From positions 1-64,000 of the IMG/VR virus record IMGVR_UViG_3300009856_000010: DNA of 64,000 nucleotides; one strand, given 5' to 3'. The notes below the pieces were generated by a model, which was not told where the DNA came from, searched no databases, and saw only the letters and a list, made by a program, of their open reading frames with translations. Within the stretch, counting starts at the first letter, position 1. Each line of letters starts with the position of its first letter. The stretch comes from a virus. Taxonomy: Duplodnaviria > Heunggongvirae > Uroviricota > Caudoviricetes. The position numbers and the translations under genes are program-made. Positions 1 through 9,940 of the stretch are shown piece after piece.

Positions 1-85
1 GCGTCCAGTCCTCTAATCCATTCGTAACTTGATGATTGATTGAGTGCACTTTCTTTTATATCTCCCATTGCCTATGTGATTTTTA

Positions 86-120
86 AGGGACGTTTAAATT
101 CAATATAAAAAACGTCCAGT
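86..120. terminator. hairpin downstream of the tail-fibre gene
   Basis: Inverted repeat 88-95 / 110-117 (8-bp stem GGACGTTT/AAACGTCC) read directly, flanked by A/T runs. Confidence 0.3.
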
Positions 121-161
121 TTAACAATTAATTAAATTATCTCTTTTGTAATAAATATTTC

Positions 162-3100
162 TCATTTCCTTGCGTACTGTTTAGTCATAGTACTATTCTC
201 AAAAAAACGCAAACCATTAGATGGGTCAAGGTATGTATGCAAGTCTATATATCCATTACCAGCAGACCCTGCTATAAATTGATTCAATGTTGTACCAATC
301 AAGCTTTGTTCACTTGTGATAGTAGTGCCTGAATAATTTCGTAACCGAAGCCCTGCCATTGTTCCATCGCCCATGAATGCGATTTTTATAATTTCCATAT
401 TGTTTGCATTATACATTATGAATGAATTGCTGGCCGGGTCTAACACCATTCTGACCCCATTCTTGCGTGTGGTTACCTTGCCAATAAAGTCACCAGCCAT
501 TTCAACATTTCCATTTTCATCCCAAAATATATTCCCATCGGCAAGATGTCCGCTACCTATTGCCCGGATAACATTCTTCGCATTATTCGGGGATGGGCCA
601 CCCATCCAAAAATATCCTTCGCCGTCAAAGCCACCAGTAACATTGCCTTGACTATCTTTTATTAGGAACTGATTACCTTGAACAAATTCCAGTATTGCAT
701 CTTTTGCTATAATCAGTGAAGTGAATATGGCATTCACATTCAGCCCGAATGCTTCCCAGTACTCGGCATTTCCGGGGGCGTTTGCTGTTGTGCTCGTATG
801 TGTTTTAAGACACTTATACGCCTGCCACCCCGTTTGAAGCGAATTATCCCGTACAAGTGCTATATTGATATAGCGTGTACCTGAAGTCAATGCTTCATCA
901 TTGCGGTATTCATTGTTTAATCCCCATTCTGATTTTATCATAAGGCAACCGGGAATACCATCCTTACCAGAATCACCCGTAACACAAACACCCTCTGTGC
1001 GTGTGATGTTACCATCCGTATATGTGATAACCGAACGAGCCCATATATACCAGCCGGAGGCGGAAGATGGACGTGTAGTACTCCAGCTACCATCTACCAA
1101 TAATGTGGCAGATGAAGACCTGTAATACTCTTCAATCATCGACCGTATACCTACACCATTTTCTCCATTTTCTGCGGAAAGCTCATATTCATCGGTATTT
1201 CGTTCACCGGTTAGGATATATCTCAATGTTTTACCACCATCCTGAGTTTGCAATATTCGATTACCATCTTTGTCGGTCATTGTCCAAAGTGGAGGGTTTA
1301 TTGTTCCATCCATATTCTTGCATATCCACGTTGCACCACCCATACGAACCATTCCCAGATAAGGAACCCGCAGTCCTGTAGACCAGTCTCCAATGAGAGA
1401 GACACTATCTCCATCCTTTCCTTTTTCTCCTGAAACACATATTTCCGTTGTAGTTTTTGAAGTTCCATCTGTATATGTGATAACCGAACGTGTCCAATAG
1501 TACCAGCCGTTTTTCCAGTCCGGACGATTCTCAGTCCAGCTTCCACCTGCAAGTATTTGAGGAGAAGAAGATAGATAATACTCTTCAACGATAGATTGAA
1601 TTCCTATACCATCAATACCTGTGGGTAAACAAAACGGTTCTGACTCAGTTTCTGAATTATCGGTGTACACTGTTCTGGTTTTGCTCCAGATAAATTTCCC
1701 AGTTTCCCAATCAGGTGCAGTTGTTTGCCACCCGACAGTTGGAGCAACCGTCTGGCTTGTGGAGACTGCGTATAGTACATCCGTTTCTTTCACCCCTTTC
1801 AGAATCGCTGTAGGATCAAGGAGTAAATCCCAATCTTCCGATTGAACATATTCATGAATGATATATCCCCATGTTGCATCCCCTTTCTGTTTTTGCAATA
1901 AGCGACTTCCATTTTCGTTTGTAACAAGTGGATATGGTGCTTCTGAAGTCTCTTTGTTGCTAATGAAAACCTTTCCGGCAAATGAGAGTATGGTATTCTT
2001 CGCATAAGGAGTACCTTCTGTATTCCATGCTGGGGCACTGGTTATTCCGGTCCCATCATCCCCATCCTTTCCAGGCGCAACCATTATTACCCAATCTGGA
2101 TTATCTTTATCAGGGATAGTTTTTGTTCCGTCCTCATTGATGCATAACCATACGCCACCCTCATGACTAACTTCATCATAAAAGTTCACTTCATCGCCCG
2201 ATTTCCAATTTGGTAAATAGTTCGGTAATGGCGCAGTGGTTCCATCCGGTTTAATTTGATGGATGGCACCAGTCATATAAATACTATCTAAATAAGCCGA
2301 ATAACCGGTCATGGTTTTTCCATGCACGGTCATGTTAGATAAATCACCTGTTTGCTGTGCGATATTCGCTGCACTTATCTCAAATGTGGTTTGTTTCCAC
2401 AGCATACGAGTATACGTCCTGGTTTCATATACTGAAGTCTGGCGGTCTTTGTTACTCACATTCCCATAGACAACAAAATGCATCATCTCACTCGGATGAT
2501 AGCTATGTTTCCATCTTTCACTTATGGGACGAAGATTATATTTAAACTGTTGATTTCGGTCTCCAACAACTTCAGTTATCAGGAAATAAGCAGTGTAGAA
2601 TCCAGCATACGTACGATTGCCACAACTATCGTCCATATCTTCGGTAGCGTTGATCGTTGGCTCAAGAGAGTGAAAAATACCCATACAGATATCATTCACC
2701 GCCACCGCTCCTATTTGACCATCTTGCAAATCCAAATCAACAGTACGTGTATTCATATCTATCGACTTGATAACACCGCCACCCGGGGCTCGCCACTTAT
2801 CTCCTAAACTAACTTCTACACTATTGAATATAATTTCTGGAACAACGAGTTTGCGACGAATAAAGAGAGACTCAATTTCCCCATTAGCATATTGATCAAA
2901 AAAACCACCAACTCCAGTAAATCCAGGAACAAAATCCTTTCCTATTTTGAGTCCTTTCAAAAAAGTAATTAAACCTTCTGAAATATCATCGAATAACTTG
3001 CTTAAAAAACGTTCGCCTACATATTTACTTGTTACTAATGAGGTATCGCTTACAGGAACATCCTTATCACTATCCGTACTCCTCTTTATGTCATTAATCT

Positions 3101-3644
3101 CTTTATCCCGCAAAAAGAATTTATTTACAACAAAAGATGAAAATGTTTTTAGGACCTCTATCAAGTCTGTAACCTTATTCCATCTAAACATCTGACGCCA
3201 TTCGGCACCTGTTTCTTCGTTCGCAAACTGATTCGTATTTAGAATACCAGTTTTTAAAACGTCCTCCCAGTACCGATCTACTTTAGTGCCACCGGAGTTC
3301 GCAGATGCACTAATCTTTCCTAAATAGATATAGTAATAATCACCAGAGCTTAATTCAACTTCTTCGTCTGCATAAACTACCAAAGCCTTTGTGCCTACCT
3401 TTTCCAACCTAGCATACACATACTTGGCGTCAACAGTTTCAAAATAGCTATTGAAGGCTTCCAGCGTCCACTTCCGGTAATTTCGACTGGCATCGTAGTC
3501 AATAACACCTTGTACAAATGCCATAATTACGGAACCGCCCAATACTGTCACCTGATTATAATCTGGATCTTCCAACGCGTTCAACGTAAACGTTAAAGCT
3601 GATGGAGACATCCAATAATTACTTTGAGTGGTTACAATTGCCAT
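162..3644 (-). CDS. tail fibre / receptor-binding protein (1160 aa) with an internal ~65-aa tandem domain duplication
   Basis: Largest distal ORF of the structural string with Gly/Ser/Thr/Asn-rich composition. Two copies of IEEYYxSSS..GSW..RP..GWYxWxRSVITYTDG (nt ~1000-1140 and ~1440-1590). Late-promoter motif lies immediately upstream. Confidence 0.45.
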   Translation of the reverse strand: MAIVTTQSNYWMSPSALTFTLNALEDPDYNQVTVLGGSVIMAFVQGVIDYDASRNYRKWTLEAFNSYFETVDAKYVYARLEKVGTKALVVYADEEVELSSGDYYYIYLGKISASANSGGTKVDRYWEDVLKTGILNTNQFANEETGAEWRQMFRWNKVTDLIEVLKTFSSFVVNKFFLRDKEINDIKRSTDSDKDVPVSDTSLVTSKYVGERFLSKLFDDISEGLITFLKGLKIGKDFVPGFTGVGGFFDQYANGEIESLFIRRKLVVPEIIFNSVEVSLGDKWRAPGGGVIKSIDMNTRTVDLDLQDGQIGAVAVNDICMGIFHSLEPTINATEDMDDSCGNRTYAGFYTAYFLITEVVGDRNQQFKYNLRPISERWKHSYHPSEMMHFVVYGNVSNKDRQTSVYETRTYTRMLWKQTTFEISAANIAQQTGDLSNMTVHGKTMTGYSAYLDSIYMTGAIHQIKPDGTTAPLPNYLPNWKSGDEVNFYDEVSHEGGVWLCINEDGTKTIPDKDNPDWVIMVAPGKDGDDGTGITSAPAWNTEGTPYAKNTILSFAGKVFISNKETSEAPYPLVTNENGSRLLQKQKGDATWGYIIHEYVQSEDWDLLLDPTAILKGVKETDVLYAVSTSQTVAPTVGWQTTAPDWETGKFIWSKTRTVYTDNSETESEPFCLPTGIDGIGIQSIVEEYYLSSSPQILAGGSWTENRPDWKNGWYYWTRSVITYTDGTSKTTTEICVSGEKGKDGDSVSLIGDWSTGLRVPYLGMVRMGGATWICKNMDGTINPPLWTMTDKDGNRILQTQDGGKTLRYILTGERNTDEYELSAENGENGVGIRSMIEEYYRSSSATLLVDGSWSTTRPSSASGWYIWARSVITYTDGNITRTEGVCVTGDSGKDGIPGCLMIKSEWGLNNEYRNDEALTSGTRYINIALVRDNSLQTGWQAYKCLKTHTSTTANAPGNAEYWEAFGLNVNAIFTSLIIAKDAILEFVQGNQFLIKDSQGNVTGGFDGEGYFWMGGPSPNNAKNVIRAIGSGHLADGNIFWDENGNVEMAGDFIGKVTTRKNGVRMVLDPASNSFIMYNANNMEIIKIAFMGDGTMAGLRLRNYSGTTITSEQSLIGTTLNQFIAGSAGNGYIDLHTYLDPSNGLRFFENSTMTKQYARK

Positions 3645-3659
3645 TTAGTCTTCTTTTCT

Positions 3660-3704
3660 TTTTATGCAAATATAGATTACACACTGAACCGAGCAGGGAC
3701 AAGG
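3660..3704 (-). promoter_or_regulatory. late promoter: GTCCCTGCTC -33-like element + 16 nt + TATATTTG (-7 box, TAnnTTTG), ~23 nt before the tail-fibre ATG
   Basis: Minus-strand reading of 3667-3674 gives TATATTTG. 3691-3704 gives CCTTGTCCCTGCTC. The same architecture recurs upstream of the tape-measure gene and the 12071 gene. Confidence 0.45.
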
Positions 3705-4739
3705 CTATACGCGAGTTCTTAGGCTTCCTCCAATATCCGGACGTACGGAAAACTGTATCTGTGGAAAATCATTAGCAGCTTGGTTTATTCCTTTTACTTC
3801 TTCATCTGGAAGAATGCTGCATGGTATCCAATATCCGTCTACAAACATCCAAGCTTGTTCGGTATTTAAAAACTCGTGTGTCCACCAATCTGCCCATTGT
3901 TCATCTACCGGACCGCTGGACATTTTCAACGTTCTTCTGTCTGTAATCTTTCGGACAATATTCCGGCGAAACTTATTAAACGAACCAGGCGCAGTAACTA
4001 TAAACTGTTCAACGGATTTCTCTATCACCGATTCAGGTAAACAAATTGCCGAAATACTTTCAATAACCCCTAACCTGTTTACAAACTGAAACTGAAAGCG
4101 ATTAGGTTCGGCAGAGATTACATAGATAGTATGTCCATCATACGTTACTGAACCGCCAATACTAGCTAATGGATATGCTTTTACTGTAGGTCCGGTGGTT
4201 ACTCCTGTCTGTATAGATGCAGGAGCTGGGAGCGTTACGGGATAAAATAACGTTTCGGAGGTGGCACATATTTCCCCAAAACTTGGTTTTCTTGTGAACT
4301 TCTGAATACTGCGCGTTACTCCTGATATATATCGTTCCATGTCGGAAAACGAACCCATCAGGGAATTAAGTGTTCCCCCATAGTCTCTCTCACCTACTTT
4401 TTCATACAGAACACCATCCTTCATGTATTCATCGTATGCTTTCAAGGTATATTTTAGGAAAGGGTAAGTGTAACTCTGTGTCAGATACGTATGTTCAAAC
4501 AGTTCGGCCACACTACGAAGTGCGGAAGATATATCTATCTGAATGATTTCGCCATCACCGGCCGGAGATGAGAATGTATAGGTATCGAAGTCCGTACTTA
4601 CGTCGGTCATTGCTACTGTCACTTCCAACTTTACTCTATGAAAGTTCACTTTGCTACCTAAAAACTCTGCGCCTACACTAATCATTATAGGACTTCCGCA
4701 GAGTAAACTGCCTGATGTTACCTGTATAGATGTTGCCAT
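3705..4739 (-). CDS. hypothetical tail/baseplate-associated protein (344 aa)
   Basis: ORF translationally coupled between the 857-aa protein and the fibre; no recognisable motifs. Confidence 0.3.
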   Translation of the reverse strand: MATSIQVTSGSLLCGSPIMISVGAEFLGSKVNFHRVKLEVTVAMTDVSTDFDTYTFSSPAGDGEIIQIDISSALRSVAELFEHTYLTQSYTYPFLKYTLKAYDEYMKDGVLYEKVGERDYGGTLNSLMGSFSDMERYISGVTRSIQKFTRKPSFGEICATSETLFYPVTLPAPASIQTGVTTGPTVKAYPLASIGGSVTYDGHTIYVISAEPNRFQFQFVNRLGVIESISAICLPESVIEKSVEQFIVTAPGSFNKFRRNIVRKITDRRTLKMSSGPVDEQWADWWTHEFLNTEQAWMFVDGYWIPCSILPDEEVKGINQAANDFPQIQFSVRPDIGGSLRTRV

Positions 4740-4740
4740 T

Positions 4741-7314
4741 TTAAATTGAATAAAAATCTATTTCCACCAATTCGATTCCTTTCTGTACGGATATATGGGT
4801 TTTTACTTTATTGATCCATCCTATGTATCCGCCTATATTATATCTGCGGTGCCAATTCTGAGGAATATCCATGAGTTCTGAAACTTCGCAAAGCAAACGG
4901 ATGGTGTATCGCTTACGATTGAGCATGAAATGTGCATGCTCGGACATAAACGTGTCGAATAATCCGCGACTACGGACTTTGGTTACAATGTTTCCTTGTG
5001 AGTCGCGGATGTCATCGTTACATAAGATTTTACCGTCTACTTCTTTGTAAGCACGAACTTTTAAAGAAAAACGTTCGTCATCGCCAATGCCTGGGGCAAC
5101 ACCATTATAATCGTATTCGCGAGCCCAATTATCAATAGAATCACTACTCATAGCATACTGACCCACGGTCATGCGCCACTTACTGTTTCCAAAACCATCG
5201 TAGTTGTAGTCATATCGTTCAATTTCACTATCCGAACCACCACCGCGCATAATGGCTACTGAAAGTCCCCAGTCGTATGTTTGAAGCGGAGAGTTCCCGT
5301 CATCGGTAGATGTTGGATCGTAACTCTCGTCTGTTTTAAGATGGCCGCGGACGATGAAGTCTGCATGATCGCTACCAACAAGATAGTCCAAGAATGCTTC
5401 GATATTTTCATGCCACATGTCTTCGTCTATAAATGGAGCAAGTATAGACCCTTTCTTGTCACTGTTTATACCGGAAATAGTATGGCTAATACCCGTTTCT
5501 GAATCTTTGAAGCTATAGCTGTTGGTCGAACCGACATCTCTTTGGTTTTTCGCATTGACATCGTTGAATATAACCGGTTGAAACTCACTGGACAGATCTA
5601 TTATAAAATCTTCGTTCTCTTCGCTACAATCACCAATTTCCACACCTTTGTACGCTCCAACTTCAAATAGGGCAGGTTTTAATTCATTGACGGTTTCGGC
5701 ATCTGCATTTACTTTTAACCGGTATGCATTGCCTGTGTTTACGTCAATATAACAAGTCAAGTCTGAACTGGATTGTTTCTTTAATATTTCTAGATACGTT
5801 TTCGTACTGTCTACTTTGGAGTAGTCCGTATAGTCGTAGTTAGTATCATAATCTTTCTGTCCGGACCGGATAATATCACTTTTCTCCTTATTCGAACTCT
5901 CGGCATCATACTTCATCCGGAATCCCGTGATTTTCTCTACCACTTTGTTTACAGATATCACCTGGCACTTGAGTTTAACAGAATCTTCTTCATTCCGGTA
6001 TAAATCACGAATAAGTCGTGGAGTGACGCTTTGTGCTTCGTAGTCGAGCATAAACTTAATACCAAATGATGCCCACAATGAATCTATAATAGAACTGACA
6101 GAGGCATCTGGGAAGTTCTTTGAATTGGCATACATAGTCATAATATTGGCTGCGATATTCATTACTGGATCTTTTGGAATGAATCGGGCTGAAACAATTT
6201 CTACGCCATCAACTTTTTGCCCTACGGTATAAAGTTTTCCATCAATAATAGCACTGGTTACTTCTTTTGTTGGGTTATAAGTTAATTCTAAACTGCCACC
6301 CGTACTGCGGGAAGATAACCAACGATTTATTGCAGTAATAGATGTAAAGTCAAATTCTGAGGTAGGCTTACTTGGAAACTTTCGTTCTAAATCATACTTG
6401 TGGTGCGTAGTGAAGAATGCCAACCGGGATAAATCTCCTACACTTAGCAGATTTGTATTGCTGTATGATAGCCCCAAATATTGGAATAAACAATCTAAAA
6501 AATATAATACATAAAAGCACAGTCCACTTTGCGGGCGATCGGCTTCCAGTACATAGTATGGATCATAGGTGTCTTTTGTACTTACTTTATCTCCAGACGT
6601 TCCGTCTTCCTCTTTCTCATAATGTGTATAACACACACGCGCATTACAGTATGGTCTTTGTGGATAACCGTCTGTCACATTAATGAAATGTTCTTTTATG
6701 GATGGGCGACCATTCTTTCCTTTATTTGCCACCTGTGTCGTTTCATTCACAACATTACATATACCAGGAAAGGAAAACCCTAATGCCTGTAATTCAAAAG
6801 CATTTGCAACCGTTTGAAATTGCATTTCATTATCCTTATAGTATTTAGTGGACTTTTTTCCTCGATATCCTACTTCCACGTCGTACCGATATTGAAACTC
6901 CGCATATACATTGCCAATCATTTCACCAATCTGGATTTTTTCTTTCAGCGGAATATCCTGGCAATTCAATTCGGTAATCATATCTGTAAGCGAACGGACG
7001 GTAGAAATCATGGAGAACGAAATGTCCGAATCCAGTTCCTGTTCCTCACTGATTTGTAAGCGTCCACTGCGAAAAGGCATACCATCGGCTATAATCTGCA
7101 TGGGGGAGTGTTCCAACTCCACGGCACGCATATCACTCTTTTGATCGTCCAAGTTTTTAAGTAGCTTACGGTTTCCTTCCATGGGGACGGTAGATTCGTA
7201 GGCAAATGACTCGTGGTCGTTGAAGTAGGGGTTTACATCTTCTATGTCAATTCCGAATTCATCCGGGAGCGTCATATATTCATCATTGACACGTATAGCT
7301 AAATGGTCGTTCAT
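4741..7314 (-). CDS. large hypothetical structural protein (857 aa), tail/baseplate candidate
   Basis: Long ORF immediately upstream of the fibre-proximal genes with ATGA start/stop coupling to its neighbour; no catalytic motif recognised. Confidence 0.3.
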   Translation of the reverse strand: MNDHLAIRVNDEYMTLPDEFGIDIEDVNPYFNDHESFAYESTVPMEGNRKLLKNLDDQKSDMRAVELEHSPMQIIADGMPFRSGRLQISEEQELDSDISFSMISTVRSLTDMITELNCQDIPLKEKIQIGEMIGNVYAEFQYRYDVEVGYRGKKSTKYYKDNEMQFQTVANAFELQALGFSFPGICNVVNETTQVANKGKNGRPSIKEHFINVTDGYPQRPYCNARVCYTHYEKEEDGTSGDKVSTKDTYDPYYVLEADRPQSGLCFYVLYFLDCLFQYLGLSYSNTNLLSVGDLSRLAFFTTHHKYDLERKFPSKPTSEFDFTSITAINRWLSSRSTGGSLELTYNPTKEVTSAIIDGKLYTVGQKVDGVEIVSARFIPKDPVMNIAANIMTMYANSKNFPDASVSSIIDSLWASFGIKFMLDYEAQSVTPRLIRDLYRNEEDSVKLKCQVISVNKVVEKITGFRMKYDAESSNKEKSDIIRSGQKDYDTNYDYTDYSKVDSTKTYLEILKKQSSSDLTCYIDVNTGNAYRLKVNADAETVNELKPALFEVGAYKGVEIGDCSEENEDFIIDLSSEFQPVIFNDVNAKNQRDVGSTNSYSFKDSETGISHTISGINSDKKGSILAPFIDEDMWHENIEAFLDYLVGSDHADFIVRGHLKTDESYDPTSTDDGNSPLQTYDWGLSVAIMRGGGSDSEIERYDYNYDGFGNSKWRMTVGQYAMSSDSIDNWAREYDYNGVAPGIGDDERFSLKVRAYKEVDGKILCNDDIRDSQGNIVTKVRSRGLFDTFMSEHAHFMLNRKRYTIRLLCEVSELMDIPQNWHRRYNIGGYIGWINKVKTHISVQKGIELVEIDFYSI

Positions 7315-7961
7315 TCGTCAAGTGGTTTTAGGTTCAATTTCTTATTGCCATTCATGTAGATTTTGCGGGGGGAATGTGCATATACTTCTGCATCGCCAAT
7401 AGCGGTAATACTTTGCCATCCATTAGCATCGACGGTAGAAGTACCGCCTGCCACAAGTGTGCTGCTGTCGTAGGTATGGATAAAGTTGTTACCTTGCGCA
7501 TTGCCGGAACTGCGGTCGTGCAGATATCCTACGGCATTCCCATCAAATGTTCCGGAAGAGAATTCACGCAAATGAACAATAGATTCTTCTTTGGCAAACA
7601 CCTTAGCGTGCCCACTGGCATCCACCTCTGACTTCCCGTAAACATAGCTTTCCGAAGTTCCACCTACATAGATTGTTTCTTTTGGATTGTGTATAAACAC
7701 GATTCCACGGTCTGCATTGCAATTATAAAATAACCCTTGTTTTTGAAATTCTTCCGCATTGGCTTCGTAGTGTGCTTCCAAGAAAGGGAATACATCGTCA
7801 GAGTGCATGCCACGCCCCAATAACTCGGCTATATATTTTTTGAATATGGCAACCATTTGGTTAAAGTTGTCTACATTCATAGCATCTTTAAATCCGGGTA
7901 TGCAAGAACCGTTCTTTCTTGCTATATCCAGTACTGCATTTTTTGCTTCTTCAAATCCCAT
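7311..7961 (-). CDS. hypothetical protein (216 aa)
   Basis: ORF with overlap coupling to the downstream gene. Confidence 0.3.
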   Translation of the reverse strand: MGFEEAKNAVLDIARKNGSCIPGFKDAMNVDNFNQMVAIFKKYIAELLGRGMHSDDVFPFLEAHYEANAEEFQKQGLFYNCNADRGIVFIHNPKETIYVGGTSESYVYGKSEVDASGHAKVFAKEESIVHLREFSSGTFDGNAVGYLHDRSSGNAQGNNFIHTYDSSTLVAGGTSTVDANGWQSITAIGDAEVYAHSPRKIYMNGNKKLNLKPLDE

Positions 7962-7966
7962 AACTT

Positions 7967-8917
7967 TTATTTTTTTCTGTTCATTGCTTCTATCTGTTCA
8001 TTCTGCACCACCATATCATTCAGATGTTGAAGAACTACGGTATACAGTTTCCGATTCTGCTCATCCTCATTCTGATTCAAATACTTTTCCAGCGTTGCCG
8101 TAGTACGGGTATACAGATCCAACGGATTTGTTTGCGCCTGTTTTTTCGGGCTTTCACTCTTGAAACATTTGGGGTATTTTCCTTTCAGGTAGTTCATCAT
8201 TCCCGTCCACCAGAAAAGAACAACCTGAAATTGTTCGTCCGGGAAGTTGCGGAAGTACAGGGAATTGTCCGAACTTTGATTGCTTACATACGTAAAATCC
8301 TTTTCCTTTCGCTTCGTCTCTTCGTTTACCGACTTTATCCGGCGGCAGAAGATGGTAGCCAGAAATAACGCTTTGGCAGAATTGACATGCTTTCGCTGTT
8401 TCTTTATTTCGGATGAGGAGTACTTGCCAGATTGTTGCATCACTAACAAGTGGTTTTCCTGATTGATGTAGTAACTCATATAATCGCAAGCGATGCGGTA
8501 TTGTCGCCAACTGAAATTCTGCATCAATGCCGACGGACCTTTAAATGTGGTAAACCGACGGCGGATGGTAGGGTAGGGGAAACGGGTAAGAGTAGACGGT
8601 TTGTCTATCCACTTCATGTTCTCCTGTATCCAGTAGTGTATCTGCCACAAATAGAGGTGAAAGGTGTCTTTCTGTTTGTTTCGTACAACGTAATATTGTT
8701 CTTCGACCGCTACTTCGGGGTTGATACTTTCTACCAATTCCAGTTCGGCAAGCTTGAGAAACATGGAAACTTTGGCGGCAAGGGAGTTGAATGGTCTTCT
8801 GTTTGAAGAACGCTTGGCTTCGGTAATTAAAACTTCGGCTATGGTTTCCAACTCCTTTACGGTCATGGCATTCCATGAAGTGGGTAAGTGTAAGTCTATT
8901 CGTTCGGGTGTATACAT
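7967..8917 (-). CDS. hypothetical protein (316 aa)
   Basis: ORF in the structural gene string. Confidence 0.3.
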   Translation of the reverse strand: MYTPERIDLHLPTSWNAMTVKELETIAEVLITEAKRSSNRRPFNSLAAKVSMFLKLAELELVESINPEVAVEEQYYVVRNKQKDTFHLYLWQIHYWIQENMKWIDKPSTLTRFPYPTIRRRFTTFKGPSALMQNFSWRQYRIACDYMSYYINQENHLLVMQQSGKYSSSEIKKQRKHVNSAKALFLATIFCRRIKSVNEETKRKEKDFTYVSNQSSDNSLYFRNFPDEQFQVVLFWWTGMMNYLKGKYPKCFKSESPKKQAQTNPLDLYTRTTATLEKYLNQNEDEQNRKLYTVVLQHLNDMVVQNEQIEAMNRKK

Positions 8918-8925
8918 ATTATATA

Positions 8926-9933
8926 TTACTCTACAGGCTTGGTTATAAATAGTGCATTGCCCTTACGATTGTTTTCCCACTTGGGGGCTGGGTTTACCGG
9001 TTCGGGGTTTACGGGTTGCGGTTTCTTATAGAACGGTGAAGCCTTTACGGCTTCGCCAAAAGCATCCTGATGCGCAGCAATGTATTCCATTGCCTCTTTG
9101 GTGTTTCCGATAGCTTCGTCTTTGGCTTCGGGACGTTTAAACAGTTTGCTGCGGGCTTCCACATGCAGGGCGAGGGCACGTTGCAGGCGAACGACGGCAC
9201 GTTTCTGTTCGGTGTTCAATTGACCGGTCTGGTACTGTTTAATCAGGTCGTCGGTGAGGTCATCGCCCAGCTCGGGGCGAAGGATCATTTCCTGGCAGTA
9301 GCGGATGTCGGGTAGCATTTGAATGAACTTCTCTCTCGATTCGTAGATGTCTACAAACTCGTTGAACTTGGTGGCCGTGTTGATAAACAGTCCATCGGCC
9401 AGGTAGTAGTACCGGCTTCTACGCCACAGTTCTACGATAACGGCTTCGTCCGGAGGCGTATCGCCTTCTTTCTCCGGTTCCCATGTACCAAACTCCTGCG
9501 CCCATTCTTCGAGTTGAATAAGCAGGCGGTTGATGCCGGCATGGGCTTCTGTTCGGCAGGTGGATTTGTAGGTAGATATTGACTTTTCGTTGGCATTGTC
9601 GTAATCGTCGGTACTGACTATGTTAATACCTGATTCGTTAATGCTGACTGCTGAAATTCCTGCGGCGCGCATAAAGGCATCGTACACAATAGGTTTTTGG
9701 CAGAGTACGATGAGTTGTTCCCATGCGCTACGATGCTTGGCATTATGGGGCAAAAGAAGGTCTATATCTGTCGATTCATATTTTTCTTCTATGGCCCGAT
9801 AGAGCGGCTTACCTACTTTCTCTAACAGAAAGTCGTGGGTGCTACTCTCGAAAAATCCCATCATGCGGGCAATGCTTTGCATGGCATGAGTGGGGAGGTG
9901 CATGGTTAGTTCGTCAAGGGTGCTTATAATCAT
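8926..9933 (-). CDS. hypothetical protein (335 aa), possible minor head protein
   Basis: ORF immediately downstream of the putative portal gene. Confidence 0.25.
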   Translation of the reverse strand: MIISTLDELTMHLPTHAMQSIARMMGFFESSTHDFLLEKVGKPLYRAIEEKYESTDIDLLLPHNAKHRSAWEQLIVLCQKPIVYDAFMRAAGISAVSINESGINIVSTDDYDNANEKSISTYKSTCRTEAHAGINRLLIQLEEWAQEFGTWEPEKEGDTPPDEAVIVELWRRSRYYYLADGLFINTATKFNEFVDIYESREKFIQMLPDIRYCQEMILRPELGDDLTDDLIKQYQTGQLNTEQKRAVVRLQRALALHVEARSKLFKRPEAKDEAIGNTKEAMEYIAAHQDAFGEAVKASPFYKKPQPVNPEPVNPAPKWENNRKGNALFITKPVE

Positions 9934-9940
9934 AGTTGTA

